Shown here one piece after another: positions 9,848 to 16,731 of a DNA stretch of 64,000 bases. Made by a program: the position numbers and the translations under genes. The stretch lies in contig CANSUS010000006.1 of assembly GCA_947650155.1 (NCBI GenBank), positions 15,558 through 79,557 of the forward strand. Direction: 5' to 3'. Positions within the stretch are counted from its first letter, which is position 1. The number at the start of each line of letters is the position of its first letter. Origin of the DNA: an uncultured Lachnospiraceae bacterium (GTDB lineage Bacteria > Bacillota > Clostridia > Lachnospirales > Lachnospiraceae). The notes under the pieces are model-generated. The model made no database searches, had not been told where the DNA came from, and saw only the letters and a list, made by a program, of their open reading frames with translations.

Positions 9848-10444
9848 ATGTTGGGAAAAAGGTTTAGAAAGGTTATTATTGGGATCGCTGCTGGAATCAT
9901 TATGACAGGAAGTGTATGGCTGTTACATAACCGGACAGATAACCTATTTGAGGAGATATATTTTTCTGAATATCCATCGATTGTCAGAAGCGGGGTCGTA
10001 AATGAGTCCTTAAAAAATATAAAAGGATGGAGCGGGGTCGAAAAATCTTTAGAAAAGGATTTAAGCGGAAATTTGAAAATTTATGGTTTCCCAATAAAGG
10101 TAACTGAAAAAGTATGGGTTGAGATAGAAAAAGAAGGAAGAGTATTATTTGGCAGTACGATTGAGGAGAACCAAAATGCTTTATGCTTCTTTTATGAATA
10201 TAAATTAGAAGAAAAAACGCTGTATGTAAAGGCATATTTTCATCAAAAAGATGCAGAAGAACTAAGGAGCGGCATGACAGAAGAATTAGAGGAATTTCTG
10301 GCAGGGCAGGGAATGGACGCGGTGACAATAGAGGAACTACGGGATAATATATTAAAAGAAATAGTAGAAAAGTGGCTGGAAGGAAATAAAAGAAGTAAGT
10401 TTAGTATGGAAGACTGGGGAGAATTGGAGATTGTATATGAATAG
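9848..10444 (+). CDS. Hypothetical membrane-anchored protein, tandem paralog B
   Basis: Same architecture and conserved blocks as 9238-9846 (WLLHNRTDNLFEE, EEKTLY, EKWLEGNKRSKFSMEDWGELEIVYE). It starts 1 nt after the previous stop. Confidence 0.7.
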   Translation: MLGKRFRKVIIGIAAGIIMTGSVWLLHNRTDNLFEEIYFSEYPSIVRSGVVNESLKNIKGWSGVEKSLEKDLSGNLKIYGFPIKVTEKVWVEIEKEGRVLFGSTIEENQNALCFFYEYKLEEKTLYVKAYFHQKDAEELRSGMTEELEEFLAGQGMDAVTIEELRDNILKEIVEKWLEGNKRSKFSMEDWGELEIVYE

Positions 10445-10474
10445 TCTTCAGGGAGGAACAGGGAGAGACTTAAG

Positions 10475-11620
10475 ATGCGAAACGGGATCATTGAATTTAT
10501 AAAAAAGGAAACGGTGTTGTGCGCTGCGATTATACTGGCGGCAGTATCCGTATTTTTTGTCCCGCCAGACAGGGAATATTTTACCTATATTGATTTCAGA
10601 ACGCTGGCGATTTTATTTTGTCTGATGAGTGTGATGGCAGGGTTACAGAAAATCGGATTGTTTAAATGGATTGCCAAAAAGCTTCTTGGCTGTGTAAAAG
10701 GCAGCTGCAGCCTTGTTCTGATTTTGGTCTTATTGTGCTTTTTTTCGAGTATGCTTATTACCAATGATGTGGCGTTGATCACGTTTGTGCCGTTTACTTT
10801 TACGGTATTGAATATGCTGGGGGAGGATGGAAAAAAGAGGCTGCTTCTGCCTGTTGTCGTGATGCAGACAATTGCGGCGAATCTGGGCAGCATGCTGACG
10901 CCGGTCGGCAATCCGCAGAACTTGTATCTTTTTGGAAGAGCAGGGATTTCTATCAGCCGTTTTTTGTTGTTAATGCTGCCATATACCATTTTGTCATTTA
11001 TCCTTTTGGCAGGATGGAGCCTGATACAGGGCAGTACATATTCTAAAAATTTAGACCTGGCGGCAGTAACTGTAGAGGAAGAGATCCTGTTTGAGAAAAA
11101 GACAAAATATTTGCTTATTGTTTATTTTACGCTGTTTTTTCTCTGTCTGCTTGCAGTGGGGCATATATTGCCGTGGCAGGCGGTTCTTCTGCTGGTTTTT
11201 GTTATAATATTTGTGATGGACAGGCAGGCGATTACAAAAGTAGACTATTCTTTGCTTTTCACATTTGCAGGGTTTTTTATCTTTATCGGGAATGTAGGAA
11301 GAATCCCGGTATTTTGTGAATTTTTGCAGGAAATGGTAGGAGGCAGGGAAGTGTATACTGCCATTATTGCAAGTCAGGTCATCAGTAATGTCCCGGCGGC
11401 ACTGCTTTTGTCAGGATTTACAGAAGATTTTTCCAGTCTCATTATCGGGACTAATCTGGGCGGACTGGGAACTTTAATCGCGTCTATGGCAAGTCTGATT
11501 TCTTATAAATACGTGGCAAAAGAAGCGGGGGAGCGTAAGGGGAAATATATTGGGTTGTTTACGGCAGGGAATGTCTGCTTTTTGGCGGCGCTTATTATTT
11601 TAAACATATTACTGCGCTAA
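10475..11620 (+). CDS. ArsB/NhaD (citrate transporter-like) superfamily anion permease
   Basis: About 10 TM helices. The GNPQNLYLF motif is typical of the ArsB/NhaD permease superfamily. Confidence 0.7.
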   Translation: MRNGIIEFIKKETVLCAAIILAAVSVFFVPPDREYFTYIDFRTLAILFCLMSVMAGLQKIGLFKWIAKKLLGCVKGSCSLVLILVLLCFFSSMLITNDVALITFVPFTFTVLNMLGEDGKKRLLLPVVVMQTIAANLGSMLTPVGNPQNLYLFGRAGISISRFLLLMLPYTILSFILLAGWSLIQGSTYSKNLDLAAVTVEEEILFEKKTKYLLIVYFTLFFLCLLAVGHILPWQAVLLLVFVIIFVMDRQAITKVDYSLLFTFAGFFIFIGNVGRIPVFCEFLQEMVGGREVYTAIIASQVISNVPAALLLSGFTEDFSSLIIGTNLGGLGTLIASMASLISYKYVAKEAGERKGKYIGLFTAGNVCFLAALIILNILLR

Positions 11621-11696
11621 TCATATTTTTTGCATATTTTAATTTCTACATAATAGAATATAGTACAAGTACAAAGTAAAGCAGGGAGGGAATATT

Positions 11697-11753
11697 GTGA
11701 AAAATAAATTTTTCACAGGCGGATTTGTGCTTGCGCCCAAATTTGCGTGTTGA
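11697..11753 (+). CDS. Candidate 18-aa upstream small ORF (V/M-KNKFFTGGFVLAPKFAC)
   Basis: GTG start 6 nt after a strong SD (AGGGAGGG). It overlaps a perfect 22-bp palindrome and ends 19 nt before the next gene's start codon. Confidence 0.3.
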   Translation: MKNKFFTGGFVLAPKFAC

Positions 11754-11772
11754 GCAAGAATGGAGGATTATT

Positions 11773-11994
11773 ATGAGGCTGGAAGAACTTTTTTCAGGGA
11801 AGCTGTTTATTTCTGATCTGGGAGAGACACAGACTGTAGTAGAGAATGAGAAGGAGATTGTAATAGGGCAGTATGCAGTCTGGGCGCCGGTCAACGGAGC
11901 GGAAAAGCATCAAATTGTAGAGGTCGGAGATGATCTTGGACTTTTAATGAGCAAGTATAATATTTCCGAAGAAAGCGTATGTGTTTTGGCATAG
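11773..11994 (+). CDS. Hypothetical small protein (73 aa), first gene of the four-gene cluster
   Basis: ATG behind SD TGGAGGA. I recognise no family. Confidence 0.6.
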   Translation: MRLEELFSGKLFISDLGETQTVVENEKEIVIGQYAVWAPVNGAEKHQIVEVGDDLGLLMSKYNISEESVCVLA

Positions 11995-12044
11995 ATTAAG
12001 AGTAAAGAGAATTTGAATCTGGCAGAGCAGAAATGGGGACGAGA

Positions 12045-12479
12045 ATGAAAGTTGAAAATTTGGTCACGTCGATTGGAGCGGCGGTTCAGGATGCACACAG
12101 AATCATTGAACAAAAATATATCAGTAATTTTTTCGATCATTATTTTATTGAAGACAAGGATGAAATCACAGACAAATATACATATAAACCTAAAACGGTA
12201 GAAATTTTACTTTCGGATTCTCAAGAACAAAAGGTAATTTCAGCTCCAATAGCAGCATTGGCACAGCATACAAATATGAATTTGGAATATATCAAGCTGA
12301 ATCTAAATATTAGTGTGATAAATGAAACGGAAGATGAAATAGAAATTACTTCGCAGGCCGCAGTTGATAAAAGTACTGGAGACAGTACAAAATATGGCGA
12401 GTTGGAACTTATGTTTAAGTGCCAGAATGCGCCGGAGGGAATATCCAGAATAGAAACATATTTAGACGGAATTTTATAA
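12045..12479 (+). CDS. Hypothetical protein, paralog 1 (possibly DUF2589-like)
   Basis: Shares the N-terminal block LVTSIGAAVQDAH and the later block ISAPIAALAQHTNMNLEYIKLNLNISV with the next ORF. The DUF2589 resemblance is from memory only. Confidence 0.6.
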   Translation: MKVENLVTSIGAAVQDAHRIIEQKYISNFFDHYFIEDKDEITDKYTYKPKTVEILLSDSQEQKVISAPIAALAQHTNMNLEYIKLNLNISVINETEDEIEITSQAAVDKSTGDSTKYGELELMFKCQNAPEGISRIETYLDGIL

Positions 12480-12542
12480 TTTTTGTAAATTAAAAAATTT
12501 GCCGGGAAAAAATGGCATTTTTATAAAAAAGGAGGTAAGGGA

Positions 12543-13118
12543 ATGGCGATTAGTAAAGATTTTGTTGGATTGCCGTTAGGATTGTTGGTATCTCAACCGA
12601 TTATTGAGGTAGCAAAAGGGCAGGCAGAGCTTTGTAATGTTTATCTGGAACAATTGTTTAAACTGGCATTTAAAAAAATGCCGGACACAAATAAGAATGA
12701 AGCGGTCGAAACAAGAGTTGTGAAATTTAAACTTAACAGAACTATTGTGGATGCAAACAGTGGTTCAACAAAGCCGGTTGCCGTTGAGGTAGAAGCGCCG
12801 CTTTTGTCACTTGTTCCGGTACCGGCATTTACGATGGATGAAGCGACAGTAAAATTTACTATGGAGGTAAAGGAATCTACAGTTGATAAGGTAACAGTTG
12901 GTACAGAGAATACGTTTACGGGAACCTTTGGCGTATGGGGATATAATAGTACGATATCAGGTAAGGTTACCACTAATATAGAAAATACACGAACCTCGGA
13001 TAAAAGTGCTAAATATGAAATATATGCAAGAGCGGCACAGCAGCCCCCGTCGGAAGGGATGGCAAAGCTGACCAGTCTTTTTGCTTCTGTAATTGAACCA
13101 ATAACAACTGGAAAGTAA
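12543..13118 (+). CDS. Hypothetical protein, paralog 2 (possibly DUF2589-like)
   Basis: Strong SD AAGGAGGTAAGG. GLPLGLLVSQPIIEVAKGQAE and VEAPLLSLVPVPAFTMDEATVKFTMEV parallel the previous ORF. Confidence 0.65.
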   Translation: MAISKDFVGLPLGLLVSQPIIEVAKGQAELCNVYLEQLFKLAFKKMPDTNKNEAVETRVVKFKLNRTIVDANSGSTKPVAVEVEAPLLSLVPVPAFTMDEATVKFTMEVKESTVDKVTVGTENTFTGTFGVWGYNSTISGKVTTNIENTRTSDKSAKYEIYARAAQQPPSEGMAKLTSLFASVIEPITTGK

Positions 13119-13151
13119 TAGGGATGTTGTGAGAGGAATGGGAAAGGCATA

Positions 13152-13487
13152 ATGAGAATCGGAAATCATGATTATACCTTTGCAGAAAAGAAGTATGGTA
13201 AAAAGGGCCGGGGCGTATTGGTTATTATAAATGGTATTGGAGCCAAAAATAATAAGGAAGGATATAGATTAGGGCGTGATTATAATCCACATGACAAAGA
13301 TTCAAACTGGTATTTGAAACAGCAGCATTATAATTTATTTTATAGAGAGCTGGGAATTGCTGTTGCAAACCGACTGGAAAACGGACAGCAAAACTGGAAC
13401 GATCATATTAGCTGGCCGAATACAATTCATGCCCGGATTCATAGGATAGAATATCATGCAATACGAGAGGACCTTTATTATTCTTAG
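13152..13487 (+). CDS. Hypothetical protein (111 aa), last gene of the four-gene cluster
   Basis: ORF in the same orientation, 33 nt after the previous stop. I recognise no family. Confidence 0.5.
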   Translation: MRIGNHDYTFAEKKYGKKGRGVLVIINGIGAKNNKEGYRLGRDYNPHDKDSNWYLKQQHYNLFYRELGIAVANRLENGQQNWNDHISWPNTIHARIHRIEYHAIREDLYYS

Positions 13488-13625
13488 ATATACTATTTTT
13501 TATAATGCGGTAGTGGCATATCCTTCACGCCAAAGTACACTCATAATTTTCAATTCCGAGTCAAAAAGCTAAATGTTCATTGATATTATCCTCCATACGC
13601 TACTATGGTAGTTTGGAAAAAATTC

Positions 13626-13654
13626 TTGACATATTCTTTCGTATTATGTATAAA
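13626..13654 (+). promoter_or_regulatory. Near-consensus sigma-A promoter
   Basis: TTGACA, a 17-nt spacer, then TATAAA with TG immediately upstream. Confidence 0.65.
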
Positions 13655-13697
13655 ATAATTAATGAGCATTAGCTCAGCTATAAAAGCGTATGCTTTT

Positions 13698-13801
13698 GTA
13701 AAAAGCGAGTGGTCCCTACCGTAAGTGGGAATGGTAAAAGCAGTGGTCCCTACTGTGAGTGGGAGTGGTAAAAGCAGTGGTCCCTACTGTGAGTGGGAAT
13801 T
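13698..13801 (+). repeat. Three tandem direct repeats (36, 34 and 34 nt)
   Basis: Units are GTAAAAGC(A)GTGGTCCCTACYGTRAGTGGGARTG at 13698-13733, 13734-13767 and 13768-13801. Each can fold as UCCC(U)AC-YGURA-GUGGGA, and the two variable positions fall in the loop. Confidence 0.9.
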
Positions 13802-13812
13802 GTGAATGTTAT

Positions 13813-13840
13813 GGCTGCGAGATTTTCGCAGCCTTTCATT
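13813..13840 (+). terminator. Intrinsic terminator
   Basis: GGCTGCGA-gattt-TCGCAGCC is a perfect 8-bp stem followed by TTTCATTATTT. Confidence 0.75.
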
Positions 13841-13951
13841 ATTTGAAATCAAAAGTTTATATAGTATACATAAGGATGAAGGACAAATTTTGAAAGTAAA
13901 CTTTCAAATATTGATTGGTATGTGCGCTGAAGCGCACAGGGAGGTATAATA

Positions 13952-15649
13952 ATGAAGACAGCGGAAGAACTTCGTACGAAATTACGATCTATTGATCACA
14001 GGGGCTATCCGGCATATAAAGATTTAAAAGGAGAATATGATTTCAGGGATTATATCCTCTCCATTGATCATGTACAGGGAGATCCTTTTGCGGCTCCGTC
14101 CAGACTGTCTGTCCGGGTACAAAGGGCAAAAGCGGGGTTCCCGGCGGAATATTATGAAGAAACAGAAAAGAGGATTACCTTGCAGGATCATTTGACCAGA
14201 TTATTTGCAAAGCAGATAGGGGGAGGCAGCTTTCAGGCAAAGGGCTCAGGGAAGAGCGGGCTTTTGTCGGTTTCACGATGCGGGCAGGAAGTGTTGGAAC
14301 GTACGGCGTGCAGAGTAGACGGCGGTCTGGTGATAATACGGTTTGAAGCGGGGTTTCCGGCCAACGGGCGTTCGATCAATGCAGGTGAACTGGAAAAAAT
14401 GCTTTTTTCTATTTTGCCGGAATGTGTAAGGAAAAGTCTTTACTTTGAAAAAATTAATAAAGAAGCGTTAAAAGAAGCAATTATGCTTTGCGAGGATCAG
14501 CAGTTTATCAGGAACGGGCTGTCGGAGCAGGGGCTATGCGCCTTTATTGCAGACGGAGCCGTTTTGCCAAGACAGAGCGGGGTGTCGGATAAGCCGTTAA
14601 AGGATGCGGTAAAGTTCCGGTCGCCGGAGTCAATGAAAGTAACCTTTTTGCTTCCGAACAGAGGAAAGATTACCGGAATGGGAATCCGAAAAGGAATTAC
14701 GCTTTTTGTAGGCGGCGGCTATCATGGAAAATCTACAGTGCTGCAGGCTTTGCAGAACGGTGTATATAATCATATTGCAGGCGACGGCAGGGAGTTTGTC
14801 ATCACGGATGCCACTGCAATGAAGCTTCGGGCAGAGGATGGACGGAGCGTTTCTAATGTGGATATTTCGCCGTTTATCTCACACCTTCCAAGCGGAAAAG
14901 ATACCGGACATTTTTCTACAGAGGATGCCAGCGGCAGTACTTCTCAGGCAGCAGGATTAATGGAAGCAATTGAGAGTGGAAGCAGTCTGTTTCTGATTGA
15001 CGAGGATACTTCAGCAACAAATTTTATGATTCGGGACAGGCTGATGCAGCAGGTGATCAGTCCGAAAGAGGAGCCGATTACACCGTTTATCAACCGGGTA
15101 AACAGCTTATATCAGGATTTGGGAATTTCTACGGTGCTTGTGGCAGGCAGCAGCGGATCTTATTTCCATGTTGCGGATCATATTGTGCAGATGAAGGAGT
15201 ACGTGCCGATCGATATTACGAAGAAAGCGAAAGAAGCCGCACAGAACTTCGCTGTATTTGACACTGTGAAAGAGGCGTTTCCTGATTATGTAAAAGAACG
15301 CAGACCGAAGCCGGATATGGCGTTAAAGAAGGAAGAACGGTTAAAGATTAAGGCAATGGGAAGAAATGAGCTTTTGATCGCTAAAAATTCCGTAGAGTTA
15401 AGATATATGGAGCAGTTAAACGATGAGGAACAGACGATGGCTCTCGGATTTTTATTAAAGCAGTTAGAACTGAATCTGTTTGACGGACGAAAAACACTGG
15501 TGCAGGCAGTGGACATGCTGGAGGAACAGCTTAACAAAGGCGGATTGGAGAGTCTGTTCGGGAGAGGCGAGGTCAGCGCATCACTGGCACGTCCCAGAAG
15601 GCAGGAGATTTTTACCTGTGTGGACCGGTATCGGAAATTATATTTTTAG
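13952..15649 (+). CDS. Predicted ABC-class ATPase (COG3044 / ABC_ATPase-type) of unknown function
   Basis: 565 aa. The N-terminus LRSIDHRGYPAYKDLKGEY...GDPFAAPS and the Walker-A-like GGGYHGKST are typical of this uncharacterised ATPase family. Confidence 0.75.
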   Translation: MKTAEELRTKLRSIDHRGYPAYKDLKGEYDFRDYILSIDHVQGDPFAAPSRLSVRVQRAKAGFPAEYYEETEKRITLQDHLTRLFAKQIGGGSFQAKGSGKSGLLSVSRCGQEVLERTACRVDGGLVIIRFEAGFPANGRSINAGELEKMLFSILPECVRKSLYFEKINKEALKEAIMLCEDQQFIRNGLSEQGLCAFIADGAVLPRQSGVSDKPLKDAVKFRSPESMKVTFLLPNRGKITGMGIRKGITLFVGGGYHGKSTVLQALQNGVYNHIAGDGREFVITDATAMKLRAEDGRSVSNVDISPFISHLPSGKDTGHFSTEDASGSTSQAAGLMEAIESGSSLFLIDEDTSATNFMIRDRLMQQVISPKEEPITPFINRVNSLYQDLGISTVLVAGSSGSYFHVADHIVQMKEYVPIDITKKAKEAAQNFAVFDTVKEAFPDYVKERRPKPDMALKKEERLKIKAMGRNELLIAKNSVELRYMEQLNDEEQTMALGFLLKQLELNLFDGRKTLVQAVDMLEEQLNKGGLESLFGRGEVSASLARPRRQEIFTCVDRYRKLYF

Positions 15650-15667
15650 AAGCAGGGAGGATTTGAG

Positions 15668-16513
15668 ATGCATTCACCATTGGAAATTGCAAAAGGATTT
15701 GTGGAAATCGGGATACATAAAGTAAAATTATCCGTCTGGAAAATGTTTGTCCTGGGATGTTTTGCGGGATGCTTTATCGGCTTCGCAGGGATCGCATCCA
15801 CGACTGTGTCCGCCACGGTGGAAAACGCTTCCGTGGCAAGGCTGCTCAGCGCAAGCGTATTTCCCGCAGGAATGGCGATGGTGCTGGTGGCGGGCAGCGA
15901 GCTTTTTACGGGAAATAATCTGATCATCATCAGCGTTTTGCAGAAGAGAATTAAGATGCGGGAAATGTTTAAAAACTGGCTGTTCGTATTTTTGGGCAAC
16001 TTTGTAGGCGCGTCTTTCGTGGCGTTTCTGGTGGTGTATGGACATACGCCGGATCTGTATAGCGGCGTGCTGGCGGAAAAGATGGTGGCGGCAGGTATGG
16101 TGCGGGTGACGCAGAGCTTTTTGGAGGCGTTTTTCAGAGGAGTACTCTGTAACATTTTGGTCTGCCTTGCAGTTTGGTCTGCTTTTGCGGCGAAGAACGT
16201 ATCAGGAAAGCTTTTGATGAGTTTCTGGCCGGTAATGTTGTTTGTACTCTGTGGATTTGAACACAGTATTGCCGATATCTATTTTGGCGTTGCGGCGATA
16301 CTTACTGCTTCGGAATATGGAATTGCGGCGGAGGGTTTGAACTTAGGGAGCTTTCTGCTTAAAAACCTTCTGCCTGTGACGCTGGGAAATATTGTGGGCG
16401 GTGCAGGAATCGTGGGAGTGGGCTACTGGCTGGCATACCTGCGTCATACGCCTCATTCGCCCATGTCGATCGAGGATGAACAGGAGGAATTGGACAGCGC
16501 GGAAGAATATTAA
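15668..16513 (+). CDS. Formate/nitrite transporter (FNT) family channel
   Basis: Six TM helices, and the LCGFEHSIAD motif matches FNT GFEHSIAN. Confidence 0.85.
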   Translation: MHSPLEIAKGFVEIGIHKVKLSVWKMFVLGCFAGCFIGFAGIASTTVSATVENASVARLLSASVFPAGMAMVLVAGSELFTGNNLIIISVLQKRIKMREMFKNWLFVFLGNFVGASFVAFLVVYGHTPDLYSGVLAEKMVAAGMVRVTQSFLEAFFRGVLCNILVCLAVWSAFAAKNVSGKLLMSFWPVMLFVLCGFEHSIADIYFGVAAILTASEYGIAAEGLNLGSFLLKNLLPVTLGNIVGGAGIVGVGYWLAYLRHTPHSPMSIEDEQEELDSAEEY

Positions 16514-16654
16514 GAGATATATAGCTATTTATTTTTTCTTAAATCCGGCAGGCTGCTTCTACGGTGGCAGGGAGTTCCAGACAGCCATTTTCTCTCAGAC
16601 ATACAAAGAAGATTTCCGTATAATCCTTCGGTAAGAGTAAGATAATCTAAATTT

Positions 16655-16715
16655 TTATTCCAACTTTATTCCCAATATATTATAATCAAAAAATTGGGAA
16701 TAAAGTTGGGAATAA
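16655..16715. promoter_or_regulatory. 22/23-bp inverted repeat bracketing a TATAAT box, a candidate operator
   Basis: TTATTCCAACTTTATTCCCAAT, 16 nt containing TATAAT, then ATTGGGAATAAAGTTGGGAATAA. It lies 17 nt upstream of the next CDS. Confidence 0.5.
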
Positions 16716-16731
16716 ATCCATATCGAGGAGA

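Larger units (their letters stand above)
13660..13840 (+). ncRNA. Candidate ~180-nt non-coding RNA carrying a three-unit hairpin repeat array
   Basis: Bounded by the promoter at 13626-13654 and the terminator at 13813-13840. There is no ORF, and the repeat period of 34 nt is not a multiple of 3. Confidence 0.5.

Noticed and set aside
11696-11717. The palindrome TGTGA...TCACA might be a CRP/FNR-type binding site.
   Set aside because: The half-sites are separated by 12 nt rather than the canonical 6 nt. It is reported only as a generic palindrome or hairpin.
13152-13487. The 111-aa ORF might be the toxin partner of the repeat RNA.
   Set aside because: It lies upstream of the RNA's own promoter, whereas type III toxins lie downstream. 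I see no resemblance to ToxN, CptN or TenpN. This is left as an open possibility only.
13698-13801. The three tandem repeats might be a CRISPR array or a tandem guanidine-II (mini-ykkC) riboswitch.
   Set aside because: The repeats are directly adjacent with no spacers, so this is not a CRISPR array. An ACGG appears only on the reverse strand of unit 1, and units 2 and 3 read CACAG there. The stems also do not match mini-ykkC, and no suitable downstream gene lies on the minus strand.
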